Origin: Filomicrobium sp.
GTDB lineage: Bacteria > Pseudomonadota > Alphaproteobacteria > Rhizobiales > Hyphomicrobiaceae
DNA: 64,000 nucleotides
NCBI GenBank assembly: GCA_040219445.1
Contig: JAVJSM010000003.1
Span: 821,020-885,019 of the forward strand
Direction of reading: 5' to 3'
Position 1 is the first letter of the stretch. Each line of letters starts with the position of its first letter. Of this stretch, positions 1 through 11,521 are shown in pieces. The notes under the pieces were generated by a model that was not told the DNA's origin, made no database searches, and saw only the letters and a program-made list of their open reading frames with translations. The translations under genes were made by a program, and so were the position numbers.

Positions 1-576
1 GAAGATGCGCCCGATGAGGCGACCATCATTACCATCGGCTTCGAGAAGGGCGATGCGGTTTCCATCAATGGCGAGAAGCTTTCTCCTGCAACCTTGTTGG
101 CGCGGTTGAATGATCTGGGGCGCGATAACGGTATTGGCCGGGTCGATCTGGTTGAGAACCGGTTTGTTGGGATGAAGTCGCGTGGTGTTTATGAAACGCC
201 AGGCGGGACGATCTTGCTGGAAGCGCACCGGGCCATGGAAAGCCTCACACTCGATCGCGGAGCAGCGCACCTGAAAGATGAGCTGATGCCGCGGTATGCA
301 GAGCTCATTTACAATGGGTTCTGGTTCTCGCCTGAGCGCGAGATGTTGCAGGCAGCCATCGACCAGAGCCAAGAGCATGTTGAGGGCGAAGTTCGTCTCA
401 AGCTGTACAAGGGCAACGTGATTGTCATCGGTCGCGCCAGCCCGAAATCGCTTTACTCCGATCAGCTCGTTACCTTTGAAGACGACGAAGGTGCGTACGA
501 TCAGAAGGATGCTGAAGGGTTCATCAAATTGCAGGCGCTGCGTTTGCGGACGCTGGGCATGCGGGGCCGGAGCTGA
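1..576 (+). CDS. argG: Argininosuccinate synthase, C-terminal part. The gene starts upstream of the window.
   Basis: The frame is open from position 1. The translation ([26 protein letters not shown]...[15 protein letters not shown]) matches the conserved ArgG C-terminal region. Stop at 576. Confidence 0.9.
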   Translation, partial: EDAPDEATIITIGFEKGDAVSINGEKLSPATLLARLNDLGRDNGIGRVDLVENRFVGMKSRGVYETPGGTILLEAHRAMESLTLDRGAAHLKDELMPRYAELIYNGFWFSPEREMLQAAIDQSQEHVEGEVRLKLYKGNVIVIGRASPKSLYSDQLVTFEDDEGAYDQKDAEGFIKLQALRLRTLGMRGRS

Positions 577-657
577 GCAGGCGGGCTGTTTGCGGTCTGG
601 TTCGTGTGTTGGTTTGGAGGGTGGGTGCGGTTGCGTGTAGCGCTGCGCCCGCTTTTT

Positions 658-1191
658 TTATCCGCCGCGCTGGTAGATCGGTTCGGTCTTCGCGCGGTTG
701 ATTTCGCGTTTTGCCTTGAGAGGTTTGTCGAGGGCCGCATAGGCTGCGTTCAGACGGCGTGACATCGCTTGGATGTAATCTGAAATCTCGTCTGGGAGAT
801 CAGCACCATTGAAGCGGTCGGGGTGATAGCGCCGTGCGAGCCGGTGGTAAGCTTCGCGGGCGGCTTCCATAGCAGCGCCGCGCGGTAAACCGAGGATCTT
901 GTAGGGGTCAAACTCATTCGGATTGGCTGAAGCGGTGGGCAGCGGTTTGGCAGCTGGCACTTTGGTGGGCCGGATGGTGCGGAGCGTGCTCTTGGCGATC
1001 AGTTCGCGCGGACCTTCGTAAGATTGAAAATCCAGAAAACCGCCGTTGTCGTTCATTTCGTCGTAGAGCTGCCGCGTTGAAACGAGGAAAACGCAGCCTT
1101 TCGCGATGCGGCCGTCATCCAGCTCCAGTTCAACGTGGATGGTATTTTCGCGCGTTCGTGAAGCGTTATCGATGCGGTTGCGTTCGAACAT
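658..1191 (-). CDS. J-domain (DnaJ-like) protein. The ORF extends to a TTG at 1308; the ATG at 1191 is preferred as start.
   Basis: J-domain signature DPYKILGLPRGAAMEAAREAYHRLARRYHPDR in the C-terminal half. Stop at 658. Start is ambiguous (TTG at 1308 or ATG at 1191). Confidence 0.6.
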   Translation of the reverse strand: MFERNRIDNASRTRENTIHVELELDDGRIAKGCVFLVSTRQLYDEMNDNGGFLDFQSYEGPRELIAKSTLRTIRPTKVPAAKPLPTASANPNEFDPYKILGLPRGAAMEAAREAYHRLARRYHPDRFNGADLPDEISDYIQAMSRRLNAAYAALDKPLKAKREINRAKTEPIYQRGG

Positions 1192-1402
1192 GGGAGCCTG
1201 CGGTGTTTCAAATCTGAGCAATTGGACAAACTTGAATGGGCTGCTGCAATTTGGAGGCCGGGCTTTCGCGCCAGGCTGCGGACCGGCCAAAACGGCGTTA
1301 AGTGCCAATTGCAGAGTTTCGTCAGGACGACAAACTGGCGTGCTTTTCTAACCCGACGCCCTGTGTGAGGCTCATTTGTTCGTTTGAGGAGTTCGTTCAC
1401 CA

Positions 1403-3379
1403 ATGGTCAATCGGGATGACAGCGATCTGAGCCGCTCGTACCAGTTTGAAAAGTCCGAAGATGAACCGGTTAACGTGACTGCAAATGCAACCTTTGGCGA
1501 TGTGCTGGCCGAACGGTTGTCGCGGCGCGATCTGATGCAAGGCGTATTGGCGACCACCGCGATTGCGGCTGCGGTTTCGCCTGCTGTTGTGCTGTCGGCT
1601 TGTTCGGAAGCTCCGTTGACGACGCCGAATTTCAACTTTCGGGAAGTCACCGCCGGGGAGAGTGAGCGCGATTACGTGGCGGACGGGTATCTGGCCGATG
1701 TGTTGATCGGCTGGGGCGATAAGGTCGAAGCTGATGCACCGAAGTTCGATGCTGAGAACCTGACTGCTGAAGCGCAGGCCAAGCAGTTTGGCTACAATAA
1801 CGACTTCCTCGGCTTCATTCCGCTGGCTGGACGCGCGGATCATGGTCTGCTTGTCGTCAACCATGAGTTCACGAACGAAGAACTTATGTTTCCTGGTATC
1901 GACCCGACGGACAAGAAATCAAAACGCTTTGAGCAAATGACGCCGGAGCGCGTTGCTGTGGAGATGATGGCGCATGGCGGTTCGGTGATTGAGGTTAAGC
2001 GCACGGCTGATACCTGGGCGGTGGTTGCCGACTCTGTTTATGCAAGGCGGATCACAGCGGAGACGCCGATTGAGATTACCGGTCCGGCGGCCGGTCATGA
2101 GAAAATGCGCACGAGCTACGATAAAGACGGCCGGAAGGTGCGCGGCATGCTCAACAACTGCGCCGGTGCTGTTACGCCGTGGGGGACGTGGCTGACGTGT
2201 GAAGAGAACTTCAACGGCTATTTCTTCAACAAGAACGCGGCGAAGAAATCACCTCAGTCGGCTTCGCTTCGCCGCTACGGAGCGCCAGCGGAGTTTTATA
2301 ACTGGGGTGAGCATCACGACCGGTTTGACGTTGCGAAGGAGCCCAATGAGGTTAACCGCTTTGGCTGGGTGGTCGAGATCGATCCGCTCGATCCCAACTC
2401 AACGCCGAAGAAGCGCACGGCGCTGGGCCGTTTCAAGCATGAGGGCGCAGGGAACATCGTCAATCGCGATGGCCGGTTTGTTGTCTACCAAGGCGATGAC
2501 CAGCGCTTTGAGTACATCTACCGGTTCGTGACCAAGGCAAAGGTTGATGAAGCGAGTCGTAAAGGTAACAAGGACATCCTCGATGATGGGACGCTTTATG
2601 TTGCGCGCTTGAACTCCGATGGTAGCGGGATCTGGTTGCCGCTGGTTTTCGGTGAGGGGCCGCTGACGCCATCGAGTGGATTTGCTGACCAGGGCGACGT
2701 GGTGATCAATACGCGGATTGCGGCTGATCTGCTTGGTGCAACGAAAATGGATCGGCCGGAGGATATCGAAGCCAATCCGCGCACCGGCAAGGTCTATTGC
2801 ATGCTTACCAACAATACAAAACGCACCGAAGTTGCGACGAATGCCGCCAATCCGCGGGCGTTCAACAAGTACGGCCATATCGTTGAGATCACGCCCGATG
2901 GGGGGGATCATACGGCGGCGACGTTTCGATGGGAGATCCTGGTGAAGTGCGGTGACCCGGAAGACGCCGAGGTTGGGGCGACGTTCAATCCGGCGACCAG
3001 CGAGAACGGCTGGTTTGCCAACCCCGATAACTGCGTTTTCGATGCTGAAGGGCGTTTGTGGATTGCGACAGACGGAAATTCGGGCCGTAAAACCGGGCGT
3101 GCTGATGGTCTCTGGGCGCTGGAGACGGACGGAAAGGCGCGTGGGACGGGCCGGTTGTTTTACAGATGCCCGGTCGGAGCGGAGCTGTGCGGGCCCTGCG
3201 TGACGCCTGATACAAAGACGTTTTTTGTTGCTGTCCAGCATCCGGGGGCTGGTGAAAAGGGCGTTGTTTCGACGTTCAAGAGCCCGCGCACCCGCTGGCC
3301 CGACTTTAAGTGGAGTGTGCCGCCGCGTCCGGCGGTGGTGGCCATTACCAAGAAGGGTGGTGGCAAAATCGGGGTTTAG
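1403..3379 (+). CDS. phoX: PhoX-family alkaline phosphatase (DUF839) with a twin-arginine signal peptide.
   Basis: 658 aa. N-terminal Tat motif SRRDLMQGVLATTAIAAA. Long beta-propeller-like body typical of PhoX. GAGGA Shine-Dalgarno about 11 nt upstream of the ATG. Confidence 0.85.
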   Translation: MVNRDDSDLSRSYQFEKSEDEPVNVTANATFGDVLAERLSRRDLMQGVLATTAIAAAVSPAVVLSACSEAPLTTPNFNFREVTAGESERDYVADGYLADVLIGWGDKVEADAPKFDAENLTAEAQAKQFGYNNDFLGFIPLAGRADHGLLVVNHEFTNEELMFPGIDPTDKKSKRFEQMTPERVAVEMMAHGGSVIEVKRTADTWAVVADSVYARRITAETPIEITGPAAGHEKMRTSYDKDGRKVRGMLNNCAGAVTPWGTWLTCEENFNGYFFNKNAAKKSPQSASLRRYGAPAEFYNWGEHHDRFDVAKEPNEVNRFGWVVEIDPLDPNSTPKKRTALGRFKHEGAGNIVNRDGRFVVYQGDDQRFEYIYRFVTKAKVDEASRKGNKDILDDGTLYVARLNSDGSGIWLPLVFGEGPLTPSSGFADQGDVVINTRIAADLLGATKMDRPEDIEANPRTGKVYCMLTNNTKRTEVATNAANPRAFNKYGHIVEITPDGGDHTAATFRWEILVKCGDPEDAEVGATFNPATSENGWFANPDNCVFDAEGRLWIATDGNSGRKTGRADGLWALETDGKARGTGRLFYRCPVGAELCGPCVTPDTKTFFVAVQHPGAGEKGVVSTFKSPRTRWPDFKWSVPPRPAVVAITKKGGGKIGV

Positions 3380-3674
3380 GGGCTGAAGGTCTTGGAAGGT
3401 CCCGGGTTTGCCGAGTTGAGGCGCAGGCGTTTTTGTATACCGGAGCTGACGAATTCCCTGGCTGGGCACTATAATGTGCTTTGCTTGCAGCTTAATCCCG
3501 CCGGTCATTGACGGATGGGTCTTAAACCTTAATTTGCCGGATCGAAGTCCAGGTAAACGCGACGAACGGCACCTTGCATCTTGAGGCGGGGCGGGACATT
3601 GATTGCGCCCGGATAAATTGAACACTGAATGTGAGCCGCAGGTTTGGCTGTTGCGGCAGGGAGATCGGATACGG

Positions 3675-4703
3675 ATGCTCGATAACCACGTGAGCGAAGA
3701 TCAGACTGAGCGCAGTGATGGTGCGGCAGAAGTTGGCGGGGGCCGCCATAACTGGACGCTTGCCGAAGCCCGGGCGATCTATGAGCTGCCGTTTAACGAT
3801 CTGCTGTTCCGCGCACAGTGTGTTCACCGCGAGCATTTCGATCCCAACGTTGTTCAGAAGAGCCAGCTGTTGTCGATCAAGACCGGTGGTTGTCCTGAGG
3901 ATTGCTCCTATTGCAGTCAGTCAGCCCGCTATCAGACGGGGCTAAAAGCTTCCAAGCTGATGGCGGTGGAAAAGGTGTTGGAGGGCGCGCGCGCGGCAAA
4001 GGCCAAAGGCGCGACCCGGTACTGCATGGGGGCGGCTTGGCGCAGCCCTAAGCAGCGCGACATGGATGTTGTGCTGGCGATGGTGGCAGGCGTCAAAAGC
4101 CTTGGCATGGAAACCTGCATGACACTGGGTATGTTGAGCGACGAAGAAGTTGCGCAGCTGCGTGAAGCGGGCCTCGATTACTACAACCACAACATCGATA
4201 CCTCAGAGCGGTATTATCCTGAGGTTATCACCTCGCGGACGTTTGTCGATCGCCTTGAGACGCTGGAGCGGGTCCGCAACTCGGGCATGAAAGTCTGTTC
4301 GGGTGGAATTCTCGGGATGGGGGAAACCGAGGACGACCGGCTCGATATGCTGGTTACGCTGGCGAACCTGCCGGAGCATCCAGAAAGCGTGCCGATCAAT
4401 ATGTTGATGGCCATGGAAGGCACGCCGCTGGAGAACATCGATAAGGTCGATGGCGTCGCCTTTGTGCGTGCGATTGCTGTTGCGCGGATCATGATGCCGA
4501 AGTCTCATGTGCGGCTGTCGGCTGGGCGCAGTGAGATGAGCGATGAGCTACAGGCGTTGTGCTTCTTTGCCGGTGCAAATTCGATTTTCTGCGGGGAGCA
4601 ATTGCTGACGGCGGATAATCCTGGCGAGGATGCTGATGATCGTCTGTTTGCCAAGCTGGGGTTACGTGGTGAGGCTGTGGGGAGTGCAGGAAACTCCGAT
4701 TGA
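3675..4703 (+). CDS. bioB: Biotin synthase.
   Basis: Radical-SAM CxxxCxxC motif ([13 protein letters not shown]). The N-terminus ([22 protein letters not shown]) aligns with BioB. ATG at 3675 is preceded by GGGAGA; the ORF track starts at an upstream TTG (3603). Confidence 0.9.
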   Translation: MLDNHVSEDQTERSDGAAEVGGGRHNWTLAEARAIYELPFNDLLFRAQCVHREHFDPNVVQKSQLLSIKTGGCPEDCSYCSQSARYQTGLKASKLMAVEKVLEGARAAKAKGATRYCMGAAWRSPKQRDMDVVLAMVAGVKSLGMETCMTLGMLSDEEVAQLREAGLDYYNHNIDTSERYYPEVITSRTFVDRLETLERVRNSGMKVCSGGILGMGETEDDRLDMLVTLANLPEHPESVPINMLMAMEGTPLENIDKVDGVAFVRAIAVARIMMPKSHVRLSAGRSEMSDELQALCFFAGANSIFCGEQLLTADNPGEDADDRLFAKLGLRGEAVGSAGNSD

Positions 4704-5920
4704 GCAGCGATAGCGACACGACGACAAACCAATTTCGCGAACACGCGCAATCTCTGTTGGCGCTGGAGCGGCGTAACCGGTTGCGTCGTTTGACGCCGCG
4801 TCAGGGCCATGACTTCTCTTCCAATGATTATCTTGGGCTCGCTAATAGCGAGGAGCTTCGTCAGGCGATTGTTCGTGCGATAAGTCGAGGCGTGGCGATT
4901 GGTTCGGGTGGCTCGCGGCTGTTGCGCGGAAATGATCCAGAGCATGAGAAGCTCGAAGCGGAAGCGGCGGAGTTCTTCGGGGCGGAAGCAGCGCTTTATT
5001 TTGCTAGCGGTTTTTCTGCCAATGCGGCGGTGTTAGCGACGTTGCCGCAACGTGGTGACGTGATTGTTTATGACAATCTCATCCATGCCAGCGCCCATGA
5101 CGGCATGAAGCTATCGCGGGCGGAAAAAACCGCTGCCCGTCATAACGATGCGCAGGCCTTTGAGGACGTTATCAAGACGTGGCGCAAGGCCGGTGGTAAA
5201 GGCCGTCCATGGTTGGCGGTTGAGAGCCTCTACAGCATGGATGGGGATGTTGCTCCGCTCGATGATCTGATTGGGCTTGCGGAAGCACATGACGGCGTGT
5301 TGCTGATCGATGAGGCGCATGCAACCGGCGTGCTTGGCCCTCAGGGCCGCGGATTGGGTGCGCATCTTGAAGGCCGCGAGGATGTTTTGTCGCTGCATAC
5401 CTGTGGCAAGGCGTTGGGTGCGATGGGCGGTCTGGTTTGCGGGTCGCGGTTGCTGATCGACTATCTGGTTAATCGCTGCCGTCCCTTCATCTATTCTACT
5501 GCGCCATCCCCGCTTATGGCATCAGCCGTGCGCGCTGCCTTGGAGCTCGTCAAAGCTGACACTGGTGATGGTCCAGACAGCCGGCGTGCAGCACATCGGG
5601 AGCTTGTGACGTCGGCGGGTTCGCTGCTTGAGTCCCATTGCGGGATCAAACCGACCGGGACGCACATTCAGCCCGTGATAGTTGGCCGGGATGAACTGGC
5701 GGTGTGTGTTGCTGAAGCGATGCAGCGCCGCGGTTTTGATGTCCGGGCGATCCGGCCGCCGACCGTCCCGGAGGGGAGTGCGCGGCTTAGAGTTCCGATT
5801 ACGATGAATGTTGATGCATCGATTTTTGAGGCGTTTGCGTTAGCGCTCGCGGAAGAGCTTGCAAAAGTAGGCCTTGGCGCGGCTGAAATTGCTCAGGTGA
5901 ACCAGGGAGCAGCGGTTTGA
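4700..5920 (+). CDS. bioF: 8-amino-7-oxononanoate synthase.
   Basis: 406-aa PLP-dependent class II aminotransferase-fold protein in bio operon context. TTG start overlaps the bioB stop by 4 nt. Confidence 0.9.
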   Translation: MSSDSDTTTNQFREHAQSLLALERRNRLRRLTPRQGHDFSSNDYLGLANSEELRQAIVRAISRGVAIGSGGSRLLRGNDPEHEKLEAEAAEFFGAEAALYFASGFSANAAVLATLPQRGDVIVYDNLIHASAHDGMKLSRAEKTAARHNDAQAFEDVIKTWRKAGGKGRPWLAVESLYSMDGDVAPLDDLIGLAEAHDGVLLIDEAHATGVLGPQGRGLGAHLEGREDVLSLHTCGKALGAMGGLVCGSRLLIDYLVNRCRPFIYSTAPSPLMASAVRAALELVKADTGDGPDSRRAAHRELVTSAGSLLESHCGIKPTGTHIQPVIVGRDELAVCVAEAMQRRGFDVRAIRPPTVPEGSARLRVPITMNVDASIFEAFALALAEELAKVGLGAAEIAQVNQGAAV

Positions 5921-6549
5921 CGAAACAGCATCGGTTGGTTGTTGCCGGGACGGATACCGGCGTTGGCAAGACCGTGTTTTCCGCGGCGCTCGCTGGCGCG
6001 CTTGATGCCGATTATTGGAAGCCGGTCCAATCCGGGCTTGCCGATGGAACAGACCGTGAGTGCGTTGCGGAACTCAGTGGTTTGCCCGCAGAGCAGATCT
6101 TTCCTGAAGTTTACAAGCTGACTGAACCGATGTCGCCGCACCTTGCGGCTGAGATCGATGGCGTGACGGTGGATGCCGTGCGGCTTGTACCGCCGCAAAC
6201 GGAGCGTCCACTCGTTATTGAGCTCGCGGGCGGTTTGCTGGTTCCGCTTAACAATGACGACTTGCAGGTTGATGTCGTTGCCGGTTGGGCTGCACCTGTT
6301 GTGTTGGTGGCGCGCACGGCACTTGGTACGATCAACCACAGCTTGCTCTCGCTTGAAGCCCTGCGCGCGCGCAACATCCCGATCGTTGGCGTCGCTTTTG
6401 TTGGTGACCCCGAGCCAAAGGTTGAGGCGACGATCAGCCGGATGGGGCAGGTTAAACGTCTCGGGCGGTTGCCGTTCGTCTCGCCGTTGGACCAAGGGGC
6501 GTTGGCGCGGGCGTTTGCGGATAACTTCGATCTTAAGGATTTTTTGTGA
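5917..6549 (+). CDS. bioD: Dethiobiotin synthetase.
   Basis: P-loop [12 protein letters not shown] typical of BioD. 4-nt start/stop overlap with bioF. Confidence 0.9.
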   Translation: MTKQHRLVVAGTDTGVGKTVFSAALAGALDADYWKPVQSGLADGTDRECVAELSGLPAEQIFPEVYKLTEPMSPHLAAEIDGVTVDAVRLVPPQTERPLVIELAGGLLVPLNNDDLQVDVVAGWAAPVVLVARTALGTINHSLLSLEALRARNIPIVGVAFVGDPEPKVEATISRMGQVKRLGRLPFVSPLDQGALARAFADNFDLKDFL

Positions 6550-7820
6550 CCACTTCGTCCCCGGTTTGGCATCCTTTTACGCAGCATCGGACAGCGCCGC
6601 CTGCGATTAACGTCGCGCGGGCGTCTGGTGCGCGACTACATCGGGCTGATGGCGGCACGCTTATTGATGCGATTTCGTCGTGGTGGGTCATCACACATGG
6701 GCATTGTCATCCGCGCATCGTGGAGGCGGTGAAACGGCAGGCTGAAGAGCTCGATCAGGTAATTTTTGCAGGCTTTACGCATCCGCCGGCTGAGCGGCTG
6801 GCGGAGGAACTGGTGAAGCTGGTTCCCGCTGAGCTGACCCGAGTATTCTATTCGGATTCGGGGTCTACTGCCGTTGAGGTCGCTCTGAAGATGGCGCTTG
6901 GCTATTGGCATAATCTCGGCCACCAGCGGACCCGTGTGATCGTGCTTGAGCATGCCTATCACGGTGACACCATCGGTACGATGTCGGCGGGTGAGCGCGG
7001 TGTTTTCAACGCGGCTTATGCGCCGCTGTTGTTTGATGTCGTGCGGTTGCCGTTTCCTGAAACCGGGCGTGAGGCTGCGGTTCTTGAGGAACTGGAAGCG
7101 CAATGCAGGACAGGCGACGTCGCGGCCCTTGTTGTGGAGCCGCTGGTCCTTGGGGCTGGCGGTATGTTGATGTGGGATGCAGCGACGCTGAAAGAGATGC
7201 GCCGGATCACCAAAGCGCACGATGTGTTGCTGATTGCCGATGAGGTGATGACCGGTTGGGGGCGGACGGGAACGGTGTTTGCCTGTGACCAAGCCGGTGT
7301 CACGCCCGATATCATGTGTATCGCGAAAGGGCTGACGGGCGGTTATCTGCCGCTTGCGGCCACGTTTGCGACCGAGCCCATCTTTGCTGCGCATTATTCG
7401 GAGGACCGTTCAAAAACTTTCTTTCACTCTTCATCGTTCACGGCAAACCCGCTGTGTTGCGCGGCGGCGCTTGAGAATGTCCAGATTTGGAAGGATGAGC
7501 CGGTTCGCGAGCGCATCACCCAGCTGGCCGAGAAGCAATCGGCAGCCTTGGCGAGGCAGAATGCAAGCGGGCTGTTCAAGAATTGCCGGCAGTGTGGAAC
7601 GATCACAGCCGTCGATATTGATGTTCCGGATTCTGGGTACCTGGCGGGTATCGGGCCTGCCCTTCAGCGGACTTTCCTGGAACGCGGTGTGCTGTTGCGG
7701 CCGTTGGGGAATACGATCTACGTGATGCCGCCCTACTGCATTTCCGATGATGAGCTTTCTCAGGTTTATGAGGTTCTGGAAGCGGGTGTTCGGTCTGTCT
7801 TGGCGGAGGCCCGCGCATGA
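6546..7820 (+). CDS. bioA: Adenosylmethionine-8-amino-7-oxononanoate aminotransferase.
   Basis: 424-aa class III aminotransferase. GTG start overlaps the bioD stop. Operon context. Confidence 0.9.
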   Translation: MTTSSPVWHPFTQHRTAPPAINVARASGARLHRADGGTLIDAISSWWVITHGHCHPRIVEAVKRQAEELDQVIFAGFTHPPAERLAEELVKLVPAELTRVFYSDSGSTAVEVALKMALGYWHNLGHQRTRVIVLEHAYHGDTIGTMSAGERGVFNAAYAPLLFDVVRLPFPETGREAAVLEELEAQCRTGDVAALVVEPLVLGAGGMLMWDAATLKEMRRITKAHDVLLIADEVMTGWGRTGTVFACDQAGVTPDIMCIAKGLTGGYLPLAATFATEPIFAAHYSEDRSKTFFHSSSFTANPLCCAAALENVQIWKDEPVRERITQLAEKQSAALARQNASGLFKNCRQCGTITAVDIDVPDSGYLAGIGPALQRTFLERGVLLRPLGNTIYVMPPYCISDDELSQVYEVLEAGVRSVLAEARA

Positions 7821-8824
7821 CACTTGCGGTTAGGGGCGCAGCAGCCGGTGGTGTCAGGTTTGCTGGTTTTGGCCACTATGCGCCACAGCGAGTTGTCGTA
7901 AACGCTGAGATCGAGCAACGTTTGGGCCTCGAACCTGGCTGGATTGAGCGCCGCACGGGAATTCGGGAGCGGCGCTGGGCGGCGGATGGGGAAAAGCTTT
8001 CCGACATGGCGGTGGCTGCGGGGCGCATGGCGCTTGATGCGGCAGGTGATGCTGGAGGCGATGTCGGTCTTGTTTTGCTGGCGACTTCAACGCCTGACCA
8101 TTTGTTGCCGCCGACAGCCCCGCTTGTTGTGCACCGCCTAGGTTTGGGCTCTGCGGGCGGGATCGATTTGACGGGGGCCTGTGCCGGGTTTCTATATGCT
8201 CTGACCATGGCGGACGGATTTGTTCGACTGCACCAGAAGAAAGCGCTTGTGATCGCAGCCAATATCCTGTCGCGGCGGATCAATCCGAACGAAAAAGCCA
8301 GTTCTGTGTTGTTTGCTGATGCGGCCGGTGCCGTTTTGTTGACCCCTTGCGAGGATCGCGGGGCTGGCATTCTGGCGGCGGATCTGCGCACAGACGGAGA
8401 AGGATATGAGCTGATCAAGATCGCAGCTGGCGGCAGTGCGGAGCCGTTCGAACCGGGGCTGTCGCCCGAGGCCCTGCAAATGCAAATGCGAGACGGCCGA
8501 GCGGTTTTTCAAAAAGCTGTGTCCATGATGACGGATGCATCTCGGAATGTTTTGGAGACTGCGGGGCTCACCGCAGAGGATATCGATCACTTCGTGCCTC
8601 ACCAAGCGAATGTTCGGATTTTGGACGCTGTTTCCCGCAACCTAAAGATCCCACAGCGGACCTGTTGCACCACTTTGGAGGCCTTCGGGAACAGTTCTGC
8701 AGCGACAATCCCGTTCACTATGTCAAGTTTGTCTCAAACTCGTGGCTTCCAGGTTGGCGATCGCGTGTTACTGTGTGCAGCAGGGGCCGGCATGAACGGT
8801 GGTGCGGTTGTCGCTGGCTTGTAG
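7817..8824 (+). CDS. bioZ: KAS III (FabH)-like 3-oxoacyl-ACP synthase completing a bioBFDAZ operon (BioZ-type pimeloyl-ACP precursor synthase).
   Basis: 335-aa FabH-like thiolase fold (GACAGF active-site cysteine, HQAN motif). ATG overlaps the bioA stop (ATGA). The bioBFDAZ organisation is established in Agrobacterium, Mesorhizobium and Brucella. Confidence 0.8.
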   Translation: MTLAVRGAAAGGVRFAGFGHYAPQRVVVNAEIEQRLGLEPGWIERRTGIRERRWAADGEKLSDMAVAAGRMALDAAGDAGGDVGLVLLATSTPDHLLPPTAPLVVHRLGLGSAGGIDLTGACAGFLYALTMADGFVRLHQKKALVIAANILSRRINPNEKASSVLFADAAGAVLLTPCEDRGAGILAADLRTDGEGYELIKIAAGGSAEPFEPGLSPEALQMQMRDGRAVFQKAVSMMTDASRNVLETAGLTAEDIDHFVPHQANVRILDAVSRNLKIPQRTCCTTLEAFGNSSAATIPFTMSSLSQTRGFQVGDRVLLCAAGAGMNGGAVVAGL

Positions 8825-8897
8825 GGTGCCTGCCGCGAAGAAGCCTTTGTTTTCCGGGTATTCTTTGTTCGGGCGAAGTGAAGGAGTGGCACGTCGA

Positions 8898-9338
8898 ATG
8901 GGTATGGATCAGGACGCTAAGTTGGCAGAAGTGCTGGCCGTCAACGAACACTTCTATGATGTTTTCCGTTCCGGTGACTTTGCGGCAATGGATGAGATGT
9001 GGTCACGGCGGGAGGATGTTTCGGTTTATCATCCCGATTGGCCAGGCATCACCGGTCGCGAGGACGTCATGGCTTCATGGCATCGGCTGATGATCAGCAA
9101 TGATCCGCCAGCTGTGTTCGTGCGTGACCCGATGGTGGTGCGCGAGGGCCGGGTCGCTGTGGTGTTTTGTTTCGAAGACGTTGAAGGTAGCACGATGACT
9201 GCTAGCAACGTTTTCGTAAAGGAAGACGGGGTTTGGAAAATTACCAGCCATCATGCACGCCCGTTGCCGCAGCTGGGCGAAGGCTCCGATGACGACGAAG
9301 CCGGTGATGCTGGTGGAACAGGTGATGGGGCTGCCTAG
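8898..9338 (+). CDS. SnoaL-like / NTF2-fold small protein (DUF4440-like) with an acidic C-terminal tail.
   Basis: ATG at 8898 with AAGGAG about 14 nt upstream. Sequence AVNEHFYDVFRSGDFAAMDEMWS...VWKITSHHA is typical of the NTF2-like superfamily. Confidence 0.55.
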   Translation: MGMDQDAKLAEVLAVNEHFYDVFRSGDFAAMDEMWSRREDVSVYHPDWPGITGREDVMASWHRLMISNDPPAVFVRDPMVVREGRVAVVFCFEDVEGSTMTASNVFVKEDGVWKITSHHARPLPQLGEGSDDDEAGDAGGTGDGAA

Positions 9339-9489
9339 GCCTCGTTTCCCCGATAACGTGATTTTTGAGAACCGGCGGCTACTTTAGGCGTCGGTTTTTT
9401 ATTGGCCTGAATCACTGGGTTCTGGGCAACTCTTCCAACTGGCGTTGGCCTCCAGTACAGCGGTGCGCCGGCAAGCGAATGTTTGAGTG

Positions 9490-11019
9490 TCAGGCGGCCT
9501 GTTTTCTACGCAGTGTTTCGCCCCGATAAGACAGTGCTTCTGCGATATGAAGGCGCGTTACCTGATCGGTTTCGTCCAGGTCAGCGAGTGTGCGTGCGAC
9601 ACGCAGTGTTCGGTGAAACCCGCGTGCTGATAATCCTAGGTTTTCGGCTGCTTGGCGAAGGAGCTTTTGCCCTGCTTCGTCTGGCATGGCGGTTTCTTCA
9701 AGGATTTGACCGGCACATTCCGCGTTGGTTCTGGTTCCTTTGACGCCGAGTGAGGCAAATCTTTCTAACTGGCGGTTGCGCGCACTCTCGACGCGGGCGC
9801 GTACTTCGGCGCTACCTTCTTTTGCTGGGGGCAAAACGAGGTCGGCTGCGGTTACAGCAGGGACTTCAATCTGAAGATCTATGCGATCCATCAGAGGGCC
9901 GGAGATCCGCGCCTGATAGTCTTCAGCGCACCTGGGACCACGCTTGCAGGACTGGCCCGGATTGCTTGTACCGCATCTGCAAGGGTTCATCGCGGCGATG
10001 AGCTGGATGCGCGAGGGGTAGGAGATCCGGTGATTGGCACGTGCAATGACCATTTCACCGGTTTCGAGCGGCTGACGCAGGCTATCGAGCACCTGTGGGT
10101 TGAACTCGGGAAGCTCATCGAGAAACAATACGCCCAGATGCGCTAGGCTCGCTTCGCCGGGGCGGGGGCGTGATCCGCCGCCGACGAGGGCGGCCATGCT
10201 TGCGGAATGGTGCGGTTGTCGGAAGGGGCGCTCGGAGGCAAGCTTGCCGCCCATCAATTCGCCAGCGAGCGAATGTACCATCGAGACTTCCAGCATTTCT
10301 TCTGGCGTGAGCGGTGGCAGGATGGATGGCAGGCGAGCTGCCAGCATTGATTTGCCTGACCCTGGTGGACCGATCATCAGCATGTTGTGGCCGCCGGCTG
10401 CAGCGATTTCGAGAACGCGTTTGGCGCTTTCCTGGCCTTTGATGTCTTTGAGGTCCGGCATCGGTTTCGCCGATTCGGCAATGCTTGGTTTGGGCCGGGA
10501 GAGGACTTGGTGACCTTTGAAATGATTGACCAAGCTTAAGAGGTGTTCAGGCGCGAGGATGTTCATTTCTTCCCCAGCCCAAGCGGCTTCAGAACCACAA
10601 GCTGCCGGGCAGATCAGCCCCTTGCCCAGAGCGTTAGCACCGATTGCAGCTGGGAGCGCACCGGGAACTTCCCTGATTGAGCCATCCAGGGCCAACTCAC
10701 CTATGGCGGCATATTCCGAGATAGCCTCCGGCGCGATTGCCCCCATCGCCGCCATCAGGGCGAGGGCGATGGCCAAATCGTAATGGCTGCCTTCTTTTGG
10801 GAGGTCGGCTGGAGCGAGATTTACGGTTAGGTGCTTATAAGGAAGGCCAAGGCCGACCGCGTGAAGTGCGTTGCGGACCCGTTTCCGGCTTTCTGCGACG
10901 GCTTTGTCGGGCAAACCCACGATCATGAAGGCTTGCTGTCCGGGTGTAATGCGGACTTGGACCTCGACAGCACGCGCTTCGACGCCGACAAAGGCGAGGG
11001 TCGAAATCTGAGCGTACAT
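9490..11019 (-). CDS. yifB: YifB/ComM-family Mg-chelatase-like AAA+ ATPase.
   Basis: N-terminal Lon-like domain (MYAQISTLAFVGVEARAVEVQV), Walker A GPPGSGKSML, and a C-terminal ChlI-like domain. Start taken at the ATG (MYAQ) rather than the upstream TTG. Confidence 0.85.
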   Translation of the reverse strand: MYAQISTLAFVGVEARAVEVQVRITPGQQAFMIVGLPDKAVAESRKRVRNALHAVGLGLPYKHLTVNLAPADLPKEGSHYDLAIALALMAAMGAIAPEAISEYAAIGELALDGSIREVPGALPAAIGANALGKGLICPAACGSEAAWAGEEMNILAPEHLLSLVNHFKGHQVLSRPKPSIAESAKPMPDLKDIKGQESAKRVLEIAAAGGHNMLMIGPPGSGKSMLAARLPSILPPLTPEEMLEVSMVHSLAGELMGGKLASERPFRQPHHSASMAALVGGGSRPRPGEASLAHLGVLFLDELPEFNPQVLDSLRQPLETGEMVIARANHRISYPSRIQLIAAMNPCRCGTSNPGQSCKRGPRCAEDYQARISGPLMDRIDLQIEVPAVTAADLVLPPAKEGSAEVRARVESARNRQLERFASLGVKGTRTNAECAGQILEETAMPDEAGQKLLRQAAENLGLSARGFHRTLRVARTLADLDETDQVTRLHIAEALSYRGETLRRKQAA

Positions 11020-11116
11020 GCACAGCCCCTGTTGGATTATCGGTTTCCCATGTTCACGAAACAACGTACGCCAAAGCAGCGGTACGCGCAAGAACAAATA
11101 GTGAACATTGGACTAT

Positions 11117-11521
11117 TTACAATGCGTTCGGCAAATGGATGGGAAGGTGCCACGGGAGTAGAAAGATCAAGTCGAAGCCGATGGTGTGCTCCTGATAGCG
11201 CGGATGCTTTGCCAACCAGAGGTCCGCAGCGTGCCGAGTGCGTTGGCGCTGTTTGGCTGTCACCGAGGCTTCAGCCAATTCGAGAGTTCTTCGCCGTTTT
11301 ACTTCGACAAATGCGATGCGTTTGCCGCGTGTTGCGATGAGATCGATTTCGCCAGCGGGCGTGCGGACCCTTGCGCCGAGGACGACATAGCCTTTCAAGA
11401 AAAGCCAGATGGCGGCTGTCCGCTCGGCTGCCAGGCCTGACTTGTAACGTTGACGGCGCGTGGTCGTTTCGCTGCTTGCGTCCTGGCTCCCGCCCCCGCT
11501 TTGGCTCGTACCTCGTCCCAT
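11117..11521 (-). CDS. yraN: YraN-family (UPF0102) endonuclease-like protein.
   Basis: 134 aa. GEIDLIATRGKRIAFVEVKRR core. Its start ATG overlaps the rsmI stop (TGATG). Confidence 0.8.
   Translation of the reverse strand: MGRGTSQSGGGSQDASSETTTRRQRYKSGLAAERTAAIWLFLKGYVVLGARVRTPAGEIDLIATRGKRIAFVEVKRRRTLELAEASVTAKQRQRTRHAADLWLAKHPRYQEHTIGFDLIFLLPWHLPIHLPNAL

Noticed and set aside
1309-1402. Pho box upstream of phoX.
   Set aside because: Only a weak CTGTGTGAGGCTCATTTGTTC resemblance to tandem CTGTCAT repeats. Not convincing without a matrix scan.
2399-3625. Long antisense ORFs inside genes (2399-3625, 6636-7394, 13226-13792, 17074-18009, 31235-32122).
   Set aside because: They lie opposite well-supported genes (phoX, bioA, lpoA, the SPFH gene, the flotillin-like gene). 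Their Arg/Pro/Ala-rich translations are the usual open-frame artefact of high-GC DNA. No motifs or ribosome-binding sites.
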